This document shows positions 38,051-46,242 of a stretch of 64,000 nt of DNA, one piece after another. The notes under the pieces are model-generated. The model was not told where the DNA came from, ran no database searches, and was given only the letters and a program-made list of their open reading frames with translations. Location of the stretch: assembly GCA_038254115.1 (NCBI GenBank), contig JBBSGK010000004.1:4227-68226 (forward strand), in the 5' to 3' direction. Within the stretch, counting starts at the first letter, position 1. Every line of letters starts with the position of its first letter. Source of the DNA: Candidatus Levyibacteriota bacterium (GTDB lineage Bacteria > Patescibacteriota > Microgenomatia > Levybacterales > UBA12049). A program made the position numbers and the translations under genes.

Positions 38051-38075
38051 CTGGCGGCATTTATTTTGCGCTCTC

Positions 38076-38915
38076 TTACATTAAACGTGTTTGGGTTTCC
38101 TCTTGGACACGTTTTGAATCAGTTATAAGAACACCCATTAACAGGTCAACCTGATCAGGAGTTAGTTTATTATCTTGTCCCCATTCGTAACGGTCATCTC
38201 TCATTGCCAATTCACGACCCTGGTCTAATATGCCGATTCCAAGAGCATGCTTTACTTTGGCAATTTCCGATGCCAACCTTCTTCTTTCTACTACAGCATC
38301 TATTATCGTAGAGTCTATTTGGGTATTATCCTCGGGTTTTATTTTTACAGCAGAGGTGACATCTGCAAATACAGCATCGAAATTTCTTAATCCTGCTTGA
38401 GTCAGGATAACTTGATCAACCCTATCTAATCCATTTCTATAATCGCTCAAGCGTTGCAGGGAAGAATCGTTACCCCCCTCAATTGGTATTTTGGTGATTG
38501 CTGGATGATGGCGGACAAATACTGCCCAGTTTTCAAACATGTCCCGTGCTGTGTTTAAGCTTTCACTATCAACTTGTCGATTATTCAAAACATGATTTAC
38601 TGTAGTTTGTACTTTTTTGGAGACTTGTGTTATATAATCATTTGGTGGCATTTCTGTAGGTTTGGCGTCCCAATCGACGATGTTACCCAGGGTAACTTCA
38701 TGATGAAACCTCTCCATTGGATTCGTAGGTATTTCCAGCAACATAATGCCTTGTTCCAATGCGCCTCTGTCGCGTCTATCATCGTAGCCATTACTTGCGC
38801 GCAAGCGTCTTCTACTGCTAAAGACGGTAATTGCATCGCTTACTCTATATAAGTCAAGGAAGGATGCTGCGCGGGGCGCATCAGGTTTTGTCGGTTTTTC
38901 AAGTGTTCCCCACAT
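38076..38915 (-). CDS. Orphan protein with C-terminal AroQ chorismate mutase-like domain
   Basis: IDSTIIDAVVERRRLASEIAKVKHALGIGILDQGRE and LSDYRNGLDRVD. Confidence 0.7.
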   Translation of the reverse strand: MWGTLEKPTKPDAPRAASFLDLYRVSDAITVFSSRRRLRASNGYDDRRDRGALEQGIMLLEIPTNPMERFHHEVTLGNIVDWDAKPTEMPPNDYITQVSKKVQTTVNHVLNNRQVDSESLNTARDMFENWAVFVRHHPAITKIPIEGGNDSSLQRLSDYRNGLDRVDQVILTQAGLRNFDAVFADVTSAVKIKPEDNTQIDSTIIDAVVERRRLASEIAKVKHALGIGILDQGRELAMRDDRYEWGQDNKLTPDQVDLLMGVLITDSKRVQEETQTRLM

Positions 38916-38984
38916 AATGCGTGATTATATACCAGCAGCCTCATTTTGTAAATCTAACGTCATATGGAGTGCTACAATATGCAT

Positions 38985-39524
38985 ATGCTTAATTCTCACA
39001 AGATATCATTCCGGAAGCTGGAAGTTGGGGATATTCCACAAATCCATAAGTGGCTTAAAGAGCCGCATGTACATGAATGGTACGATAGGGACAAAAAAAA
39101 TTCGCTTGAAGAAGTTACCGCGGAGTATACCAAATACATAACAGGGGAAGACAAAATGGATGGATACTTGGTGTGTATTGAAAATAAAGCAATAGGGTAT
39201 ATCCAGAAATACAGGATCTGGGACTGGCCTGAGTTTGCAAAAGCTTTAGGCTATGATAAGTCCACAGTAGCGATTGATATATTTATAGGAGATAAGAAGT
39301 TTATAGGAAAGGGTTTGGGATGTTGTTTTATTAAAAAGTTTCTAAAGGAAATAGTTTTCAAGGAAGAGGGGATAAGGACATGTCTTATTGATCCCGAGCC
39401 GGAAAATAAGCGTGCAATAAAGTCTTACGAAAAAGCAGGATTCCGATATGTCAAAACCCTAGATATCCCACCAGACCCGGGGCTTACTTATTTGATGGAG
39501 ATAAGGAAAGAAGACGCCAAATAG
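38985..39524 (+). CDS. GNAT acetyltransferase (AAC(6')-Ie/Ib-like)
   Basis: IGYIQ, IDIFIGD...GKGLG and IDPEPENKRAIKSYEKAGF motifs. Confidence 0.88.
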   Translation: MLNSHKISFRKLEVGDIPQIHKWLKEPHVHEWYDRDKKNSLEEVTAEYTKYITGEDKMDGYLVCIENKAIGYIQKYRIWDWPEFAKALGYDKSTVAIDIFIGDKKFIGKGLGCCFIKKFLKEIVFKEEGIRTCLIDPEPENKRAIKSYEKAGFRYVKTLDIPPDPGLTYLMEIRKEDAK

Positions 39525-39603
39525 TAATTTAATTTGAATTCTTACCAAACTGTGATGGTATTCAGATGTGGTCCTTAAGATACTTGCCTACGCTTAATGA
39601 GCT

Positions 39604-40065
39604 ATGGAAACCGTATTAATGAGTAAATCAAGTTTTGCGCAGCAAAGAATGGGCCCTGCCCAAAAAGAGTTAGTGGTAATTGAGGCCAAAAAAAAGGCAA
39701 TAGTCCGTGGAGCCGGCATTTTTTGGCTTTTCTCAACTGTCTTTATTTTTTTACGGTTTTTTCTGGAAGCGATCGGTTCTGATCCTCAGTCTTTTTTTGT
39801 CTCGTTAATTTATGTGATAAGCAGTATTTTCCTTTTTCCTTTTTTCGGAATTTTTCCACACCTCAGAAGTGTTTTGCAGCCTGGTGAGCCGACCTTTGAC
39901 CCAATGGCATTAACAGCAATATTTTGCTATACAATTTTGGTGCTGCTCACTATTGGAGTTGCTCCGCTTACAGCCAGGATATTTAAGACAAGAAAGCATG
40001 TGAAAGAGACGGTTGATAATGATCAAATCATAGACCCAACGGTCGCTGAAAAGATAATAAAATAA
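39604..40065 (+). CDS. Membrane protein (YggT-like)
   Basis: LRFFLEAIGSDPQSFFVSLIY..S..FLFPFFGIF. Confidence 0.7.
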   Translation: METVLMSKSSFAQQRMGPAQKELVVIEAKKKAIVRGAGIFWLFSTVFIFLRFFLEAIGSDPQSFFVSLIYVISSIFLFPFFGIFPHLRSVLQPGEPTFDPMALTAIFCYTILVLLTIGVAPLTARIFKTRKHVKETVDNDQIIDPTVAEKIIK

Positions 40066-40068
40066 TTG

Positions 40069-40140
40069 CAGGGACGCCCAGACTCGAACTGGGAAAAGCA
40101 GTTTTGGAGACTGCTGTGATAACCATTTCACCACGTCCCT
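40069..40140 (-). tRNA. tRNA-Trp(CCA)
   Basis: Acceptor stem AGGGACG/CGTCCCT; anticodon arm GCAGT-CTCCAAA-ACTGC; TTCGA T-loop; no encoded CCA end. Confidence 0.95.
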
Positions 40141-40291
40141 AATTGGCCACAAGTGCATTATGGCATGTAGATTATACTAAAAAGCTTACAGGTTAGCTAC
40201 ATCTTCACCTCAGCTTTGACAAACTCTTCGTTGACAATAACAAATCTTGAGATACAATGTAGGTTGATATAGAAAGGAAAACAACAGAAGT

Positions 40292-41431
40292 ATGGCTGAA
40301 AGGATAAGAAAGGGAATGGAAAGGGTAAGGGGTTCGGAAGAATCACCCAAAAAAGAAAAGCCAACAGGAATTGGAACAGGTATTTACCGGCCAAGAAAAT
40401 TACTAACTACTTTTGAGCTTGGAAGACGAAGGATAATTCTTCCACATAGAGGCGAAGAACAACGAGATGATCGAAGGATGCCTAGGATACTTACAGCTGC
40501 TGATATAGAACGAAAAATTGGCGTTGAACAAAGACGCATAGCTGGTACAACTGAAACAGTCGCGTATATGGGTTACAAAGCTGGGGAGGAGGCGCTTGGG
40601 GAAGACCATAAGGTAGATCTGATCATAACATCTACGACTCACCCCACTTCTGAACATGTTTCGAAAGAGATCGCTAAATCGCTAAAGTTGCCGGAAGATA
40701 CCCCGGCAATTGATGTCCATGCGGCATGCTCGGGATCAGCGCTGGCTTTTGCTTATTTACATGAACATAGAGAGGAAATGCTAGGAAAGAGGATACTTGT
40801 TGTAGCATCTGAAAAAATTACTGATACTCTTGTTGATCTGAGGAATGGGGGAGCGGAACTTGATCCTTCGCTCGGACAAACCATTTTTAGTGACGGCGCT
40901 GCAGCAATCGCTTTTACTTTTGGAAAGGACATTAAAACCCATTTTGCGGGCAATGAATCTCTTCCTGATGCAAGAGGAAGAACAGATTTGATAAAAATGT
41001 CTGTTGGAGACAGCTCTTTTGTGGAGCCTTGCATTACTTATCCTGTTGCTCCTTCACCCAGTACTCCTGAATATCCAAAAGGTTTCTTCACACAGGAAGG
41101 CGGGGCGGTTTATGAAGGAGTTCAATCCGCTATACCCGACATAATACGAGATGCAGTAAAGGCATCCACGTGTAGGCCTGAAGAAATAGATCTTGTAGTC
41201 GCGCATTCCGGAAGTAAAAAAATGGTAGAGGCATTAAAGAGAAGATTAGGTGAGTATAAATTGCATGCATTATACAAAGAAGGTAACGTGTCTTCAGTAT
41301 CTATGCTTTATGCTTTGATAGATGCAATAGACGAAGGATTAATTGGGAAGGGAAGTAAAGTGGTCTTATCAGGATTTGGGGCCGGAAGTCCTGATCTTTT
41401 TTCCTCAACTGTTGTAGCAGAGCTTGGGTAA
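40292..41431 (+). CDS. 3-oxoacyl-ACP synthase III (FabH)-like protein with N-terminal extension
   Basis: DVHAACSG (Cys), VAHSGS (His) and GNVSS (Asn) triad; IFSDGAAA and GFGAG motifs. Confidence 0.88.
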   Translation: MAERIRKGMERVRGSEESPKKEKPTGIGTGIYRPRKLLTTFELGRRRIILPHRGEEQRDDRRMPRILTAADIERKIGVEQRRIAGTTETVAYMGYKAGEEALGEDHKVDLIITSTTHPTSEHVSKEIAKSLKLPEDTPAIDVHAACSGSALAFAYLHEHREEMLGKRILVVASEKITDTLVDLRNGGAELDPSLGQTIFSDGAAAIAFTFGKDIKTHFAGNESLPDARGRTDLIKMSVGDSSFVEPCITYPVAPSPSTPEYPKGFFTQEGGAVYEGVQSAIPDIIRDAVKASTCRPEEIDLVVAHSGSKKMVEALKRRLGEYKLHALYKEGNVSSVSMLYALIDAIDEGLIGKGSKVVLSGFGAGSPDLFSSTVVAELG

Positions 41432-41617
41432 TTTACTAAGATATAAATATGAATCCTCTTTCTATTTTATTGTGGTGTTTGAGTAGACTTGTATGCCTGA
41501 AGCCAGTTATTTGAAATTTCTTTTTGCGCATCAGGAAGACTTATAAATTATAGGAAATTCTATGCTACCAACATATATCTATTGACAATTTATTGTTTAT
41601 AGTTTATACTACGAGAC

Positions 41618-42150
41618 ATGAGTCATTTTTCAGAACTAGGGCGTAAAGACATTTAGCAGCAATGGGCGGCAACCCAGAGCCTGTTGCGCCTGTCGATATG
41701 TTAAGCATGCCAAAAAAGGATTTTAGAGCTAACCTACTTGTAACCAGAAGTTTGGAAAGATTTGTAATAAAGGCTTATGAAAGAAGCAATAAATTGTCTG
41801 TTGAGGATGAAAATAGTTATGACTGGGATTTATTGGATAGTAGAATTAGGGAAGTTGATGAAGCAGTAATGAAAGCAGTTGAAGAAAATAAAGTGGGAGA
41901 TGTTATTGTACACTTAGGATACTCTAATTTAAAACAGGATCAAGAAATGTTTGGATTATTAAGTCTTTACTCTGGACAATTTTTAGCAGATGGTCCTAAG
42001 GAAGAGGATGGTTACCGCGTATTTAAAAAATCAACTATTCACGGCTTGTATTTAGAGAGTTTTTCACCCGTAGAGGGCTCTCCTAGAATCAGGCTATTAG
42101 GCGCGAATAAATTACCCCCAAAAGTAAAAGCCGAATTTGGCATAAAATAA
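41618..42150 (+). CDS. Orphan protein; apparent 1-nt frameshift near the start (main ORF 41662-42150)
   Basis: TTGACA-17-TATACT then ATG at 41618 reads MSHFSELGRKDI*; one extra A joins it to RHLAAMGGNPEP... Confidence 0.55.
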
Positions 42151-42256
42151 TATTTGTACCAAGCACTCATATCTACAACATTTTTTGAAGAAACTGTATC
42201 TACTTTTACTTGTATACTCCCTGGAATAAATCGGGTTTATGGCGCTCAGGAGGACA

Positions 42257-42433
42257 TTATTTCAACTTTTCTGATTCTTTGTGATCTGTTACCTTTTTAC
42301 AAAATTTGCACCATTTTTTCAAAACAAGCTTTTCAGGTGTTTCCATCTTATTTTTTTGGCTGATGTAATTGCGGCTTTTACAAATAGAACAAACCAAGCC
42401 TATTTTTATTCTGTGTTCTCCCTTTTTGGCCAT
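42257..42433 (-). CDS. rpmG: 50S ribosomal protein L33 (Zn-binding type)
   Basis: Hand-translated, 58 aa: MAKKGEHRIKIGLVCSICKSRNYISQKNKMETPEKLVLKKWCKFCKKVTDHKESEKLK; below the ORF-track cutoff. Confidence 0.95.
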   Translation of the reverse strand: MAKKGEHRIKIGLVCSICKSRNYISQKNKMETPEKLVLKKWCKFCKKVTDHKESEKLK

Positions 42434-42480
42434 AATCTAGCTATTATACAATATTTGGAATCAAACTGCCACTACAATTG

Positions 42481-42552
42481 AGCCGAAGATGGGAATCGGA
42501 CCCATGATCTAGTCATTACCAATGACTTGCTCTACCACTGAGCCACTTCGGC
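42481..42552 (-). tRNA. tRNA-Thr(GGT)
   Basis: Acceptor stem GCCGAAG/CTTCGGC; anticodon arm AGTCA-TTGGTAA-TGACT; T-loop TCCGATT. Confidence 0.93.
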
Positions 42553-42599
42553 ATTCGTTTCATCATGTGTGAACAAGCTTATTCTGATGAGTCAGTTTG

Positions 42600-42683
42600 T
42601 GCCAGCTGAGGGACTCGAACCCCCGTAGGCCTTACGGCCGCCTCGTCTACAGCGAGGTGCAATTGCCGCTATGCGAAGCTGGC
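42600..42683 (-). tRNA. tRNA-Tyr(GTA)
   Basis: Acceptor stem GCCAGCT/AGCTGGC; anticodon arm CCTCG-CTGTAGA-CGAGG; long variable arm GGCC-GTAA-GGCC. Confidence 0.93.
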
Positions 42684-42684
42684 A

Positions 42685-42752
42685 GATTAGTCGTTAGCTG
42701 TTAGTCATTAGTCGTTGGCTAAAGACAAAAGACCAAAGACCAAAAGCTAATT
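42685..42752. repeat. Heptamer-based imperfect palindrome between tRNA-Thr(TGT) and tRNA-Tyr
   Basis: ttagtcgttagctgttagtcattagtcg facing aaagacaaaagaccaaagaccaaaagctaa. Confidence 0.7.
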
Positions 42753-42754
42753 TG

Positions 42755-42826
42755 AGCCGAGACGGGGATTCGGACCCCGGACCTGCTGTTTACAAAACAG
42801 CTGCTCTACCGCTGAGCTATCTCGGC
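42755..42826 (-). tRNA. tRNA-Thr(TGT)
   Basis: Acceptor stem GCCGAGA/TCTCGGC; TGT anticodon in CTGTT-TTGTAAA-CAG arm; T-loop TCCGAAT. Confidence 0.93.
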
Positions 42827-42880
42827 AAAAAGATTATATGATTTTACCAAACGGGGGAAGCTTGGGCAAGCAGCAAAGAG

Positions 42881-42973
42881 TTAAGATTTATCAGTATTGT
42901 TCCAGGGGATGCAGATTTTTTCAACAGCCGATCTCTCTTGTAGTTGTCCGCCGACAAATATTAAGAAATGCAT
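42881..42973 (-). pseudogene. 30-aa mini-ORF, possible thiamine pyrophosphokinase-like remnant
   Basis: TATAAT 6 nt before the ATG; MHFLIFVGGQLQERSAVEKICIPWNNTDKS*; the N-terminus resembles ThiN starts (..LIF.GG.L). Confidence 0.3.
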
Positions 42974-43025
42974 ACGTGCATTATAATACTTTATGTTTGG
43001 GGGTGAAATTGGAGTTTAAAAAAGT

Positions 43026-43340
43026 TTATCTAGGTTCTCTTCTAGGTGAAGACCTGCGTGGTTGCAATTTTCGAGTAACTAGTGGAAACACTTCTTTAGA
43101 AGCTCTTCTCCTGCCAGGCATTCCAACCGCTCCTCTTAACTCATCAATGGTAGCGGGAGTACCTTCTTGAGTTTTCAGGGCTTGATCAAATTCTTGAGCA
43201 GTTACTATTAGGGTGAGTACACCTCTATCTATGCGGAATGGTGGTTCTATTGGATCCAGACCCATTGCTATTCTCTGGTATTTAGTAGCATTTTCTTGAT
43301 CTGAGCGTGACGGCTCTCTTTCTCCACCTTTTGTAACCAT
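43026..43340 (-). CDS. Orphan protein
   Basis: MVTKGGEREPSRS..., Arg-rich tail. Confidence 0.6.
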   Translation of the reverse strand: MVTKGGEREPSRSDQENATKYQRIAMGLDPIEPPFRIDRGVLTLIVTAQEFDQALKTQEGTPATIDELRGAVGMPGRRRASKEVFPLVTRKLQPRRSSPRREPR

Positions 43341-43370
43341 AATAGTATAGCTAACTAATTTGGATAAATT

Positions 43371-43548
43371 CTTGCTCTATGATATGGGTTTGGCTGGTAT
43401 TTTCCCGAGCTAAAACTAATTAGGAAGGTTATCCCGTGCACCACGGTGCAAAGGACTTGCCTCATCTCCCACTTGCGCAGGATACCCCAGGATTTGTGAA
43501 CTTGTTGAGAAAAATTATCCAACCAAATATCCAATATCAAAGAGCAAG
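43371..43548 (-). ncRNA. Candidate 6S-like rod-shaped ncRNA
   Basis: About 175-nt imperfect hairpin (GCTCTTTGATAT/ATATCATAGAGC closing stem, central bubble, GGGGTATCCTGCGCA/TGCACGGGATAACC upper stem) starting about 7 nt after TTGACT-17-TATACT. Confidence 0.6.
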
Positions 43549-43551
43549 GAT

Positions 43552-43580
43552 AGTATATGGTGGGTGATGTGAAAAGTCAA
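43552..43580 (-). promoter_or_regulatory. Near-consensus sigma70 promoter driving the candidate ncRNA
   Basis: TTGACT-tttcacatcacccacca-TATACT. Confidence 0.75.
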
Positions 43581-43597
43581 GGAGAGTTTATGTTATT

Positions 43598-43792
43598 TTA
43601 ACGTCTACGTCTTTGCTGAAGTCTATCCATTAGGGAAGGAAGCTGAGGATCTTCCGGTGCGCCATTAGCCCGCTCGCTGCGAGTTATCCGTCTAAGTTTA
43701 TGAACAGCGTAGACTGCGCCAAGCGGTACTGTCAGAGTTGCAAATTCAAGGACTTTTAGAGGAGTGATATTTGCCAATTGTTCTTTTCCCAT
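43598..43792 (-). CDS. Small orphan protein with one hydrophobic helix
   Basis: TTGACT-16-TATAAT, 8 nt before MGKEQL... Confidence 0.6.
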   Translation of the reverse strand: MGKEQLANITPLKVLEFATLTVPLGAVYAVHKLRRITRSERANGAPEDPQLPSLMDRLQQRRRR

Positions 43793-43874
43793 TAATTATG
43801 ATTATATTTCTTTTTTTGAAAAAGTCAACAACACCAGTTCGTACAGGAAGGACCAAACAGGATAAAGCGTTCTC

Positions 43875-43932
43875 TGTCCTCCTGAGGCCAACAGCCGAAG
43901 GATCTAGATTATTTGTTCCGCTCAGAATGACA
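43875..43932. repeat. REP-like palindromic element
   Basis: TGTCCTCCTGAGG...GAAGGATCT-AGATT...CGCTCAGAATGACA, of the GTCAT(C/T)CTGAG...CTCAG(A/G)ATGAC type. Confidence 0.7.
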
Positions 43933-43941
43933 AAAGGCTTA

Positions 43942-45228
43942 CTACATCATGCAGGTGAAGTTGGGGTGATTTTTGTCTGCTTTGAAAAATCCGCCCCATT
44001 CGGTGACTGTGAAGCCCCGCCTTTTAAATCCAGGAAGGTGGGGAGGAGTAACATTTACAGGTTTATCAAGCGCTTTGAAATATAGCGCAACACGGAGCGT
44101 GCTGTCAGGTACCGGCTGAATACTAAGAGGCGCCAGACTATCAATATCCCGCTCCGGCATTACTCCGACAAAATAATATGGGGAGGCGGGGAGCGCCTTG
44201 AGCCAATATTTTGTAAATTGTAACTGTTCTCTTTCATTCAGTCCGAGTTTGGGGAGAATATCATGGAAAAGTTGAGACAAATCTTGGTGTTTTGTCACAT
44301 ATCCACTTTGCGGGATATTTAATAGCTTATCTGGGATAGCAGCCTCCCAGTACAGATAAGGATAAGATGCGCTGTTGTATGAAATTTCACCATCTGGAGA
44401 GGCACTCACGTCCCATCCGCCCATGGGATACAGTGGAATTGTCTGGGTGAATTTGCCAACAGGCTTTACTTCTACATGAATATCTGATTTTTGAGTAGGG
44501 TATAAGTTGATCGCCGGTTTGCACCATGCTGAGAACCAGCGGTTGTTGGGGGTTTCTACATTGAAAGTTTCAAGCTGCAGATTTTTTTTACCGTTGGCCG
44601 GGGGAGTATTGATAATACTCTGCTTGGAAGTATCATCGGGTTTGGGACACATTGTCGAGACCACATTTGGAACAGCCCCATCACTTAAGCGGAAATATAC
44701 ATCAAAAGGGAGGGATTCAGTTGCTTTATTTGCTTTACATGTAGTTGCGCCATTGCGGCAAACATAAATGATCTCGTCATCGGGAACACAAAAATACCCG
44801 CCAAAGTAAGGTTCACCCGGAGGTTTTTCGGGCCCTCCTGCTATGAAATCCATACCGTTCTGACAACCAGGCAGAAGCGGGCCCAACGGATGGGATTTTA
44901 CGTAATCATTGCGGTCACTTATATTTATAAATATTCTATCGCCTGCAGGACTGTACTGTTCCGTTGGTTCTGTGTGAACTGGCTCTTTCTGATAAATGTT
45001 GGATTTTAAAAGTCCGTATGTTTGTCCGTTGTATGTAAGTTGTTTTTGGTTATTTGGGTGGCAGTCGGCTCCCGATCCACTGTCACAGCATGCATATGCG
45101 GCGCTTGATGATGAAGGCGTTTCGTTTTTTGGGGTAATTCCGCCAACTAAGCCATTTGTAAACGCAATTATAATTGCGAGAATGAGAACGATAAATAAAG
45201 CTCCGGCACTTCCTCCTTTTTCTTTCAT
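43942..45228 (-). CDS. Secreted/membrane-anchored conserved hypothetical protein
   Basis: N-terminal TM helix; Cys-rich N-domain; KPAINLYP...YPYLYWEA...EWGG C-domain. Confidence 0.8.
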   Translation of the reverse strand: MKEKGGSAGALFIVLILAIIIAFTNGLVGGITPKNETPSSSSAAYACCDSGSGADCHPNNQKQLTYNGQTYGLLKSNIYQKEPVHTEPTEQYSPAGDRIFINISDRNDYVKSHPLGPLLPGCQNGMDFIAGGPEKPPGEPYFGGYFCVPDDEIIYVCRNGATTCKANKATESLPFDVYFRLSDGAVPNVVSTMCPKPDDTSKQSIINTPPANGKKNLQLETFNVETPNNRWFSAWCKPAINLYPTQKSDIHVEVKPVGKFTQTIPLYPMGGWDVSASPDGEISYNSASYPYLYWEAAIPDKLLNIPQSGYVTKHQDLSQLFHDILPKLGLNEREQLQFTKYWLKALPASPYYFVGVMPERDIDSLAPLSIQPVPDSTLRVALYFKALDKPVNVTPPHLPGFKRRGFTVTEWGGFFKADKNHPNFTCMM

Positions 45229-45277
45229 GTGAGTGTACTACTATTCTGCCAACTTCAAATTTGGTTGTCAAGAATAA

Positions 45278-45928
45278 TCAAAAACCAAGAAGCCTCAGTG
45301 AAAAGTTAATGAGGTTTGTAACTATACCCATGAGAGAGAAAGGACCCAAAGGAAAAAATAGAAGAAAAATCAATAAAAACATCCCCATCCTCTGTCCGAA
45401 GGCAAGAAATGTTGCCGCCTCACGTCTTGGCAAAATCATGGCAAATATTTTTGATCCATCAAGAGGCGGGATAGGAATGAGATTAAATACAGCAAGAATT
45501 AGATTGAGAAAAACTATCTCATGAAGAATGTAACCAATAATTCCAAGTGATTTAATCTCATTGAATCCCGCGTGTGGGAATGCCAAATGTATAACAATGG
45601 TTCCGATAATAACCAATATTAAGTTGGTAAAGGGACCTGCAACTGAAACAAGCGCCAAATCTTTTATGCCGTCACGGAGATTGAAAGGATCAACGGGAAC
45701 AGGTTTGGCACCTCCAAATATAACAGGAGATTGGGCTAGGATAAGTATGAGAGGGAGCGCTATACTCATATAAGGATCTATATGAGGCCGCGGATTTAAT
45801 GTGAGGCGACCTGTGAGTTTGGCTGTTGGATCACCGAGCTGGTAAGCCACGTATCCGTGGGCAATCTCGTGAAGGATAGAGGAGTAAACAAGAATAAATA
45901 TACTTATGATCGGGAAAAGTAATTCCAT
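45278..45928 (-). CDS. Site-2 protease (M50) family
   Basis: HEIAH, GRLTLNP and FNLIPIPPLDGSK motifs; start refined to MELLFP. Confidence 0.93.
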   Translation of the reverse strand: MELLFPIISIFILVYSSILHEIAHGYVAYQLGDPTAKLTGRLTLNPRPHIDPYMSIALPLILILAQSPVIFGGAKPVPVDPFNLRDGIKDLALVSVAGPFTNLILVIIGTIVIHLAFPHAGFNEIKSLGIIGYILHEIVFLNLILAVFNLIPIPPLDGSKIFAMILPRREAATFLAFGQRMGMFLLIFLLFFPLGPFSLMGIVTNLINFSLRLLGF

Positions 45929-45967
45929 ACGTTGAGAATTTAACGATAATATGATATCATAACCCAT

Positions 45968-46204
45968 ATGGCAATGAAATGTACCAGTTGTAAAAAAGGA
46001 ATAATGTACGGACACAATGTGTCTCATTCTAAGAGGCGAACAGGACGCAAATTCAAACCCAATCTCCACGCGACAAGAGTCGGTGTCAATGGTATGAGTG
46101 TCAAGATGAAACTTTGTACCAAGTGCTTGAGGACAATTAAGAAAGTTAAAACTCCAGTAAAGGTTGCTCTTTCCCCTGAAATCCAAGCCGTAGCATCCTT
46201 CTAA
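45968..46204 (+). CDS. rpmB: 50S ribosomal protein L28
   Basis: CTSCKKG.MYGHNVSHSKRRT.RKFKPNL...CTKCLR. Confidence 0.96.
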   Translation: MAMKCTSCKKGIMYGHNVSHSKRRTGRKFKPNLHATRVGVNGMSVKMKLCTKCLRTIKKVKTPVKVALSPEIQAVASF

Positions 46205-46242
46205 GGATTGATTTTTCCTATATCAAATGGTATCATCCACGT

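Noticed and set aside
37930-39110. GNAT duplicate as a diversity-generating retroelement TR/VR pair
   Set aside because: Differences are not restricted to adenines, many are synonymous, they lie at the 5' end, and no reverse transcriptase is in the window.
40197-42256. Fragments at 40197-40260, 41432-41570 and 42151-42256 as pieces of one broken minus-strand gene between rpmG and tRNA-Trp
   Set aside because: They look coding-like but contain stops, and no family could be recognised to link them.
43355-43540. 61-aa minus-strand ORF over the candidate ncRNA
   Set aside because: TTG start, no recognisable protein features, and the end-to-end base pairing is better explained by an RNA; not fully excluded.
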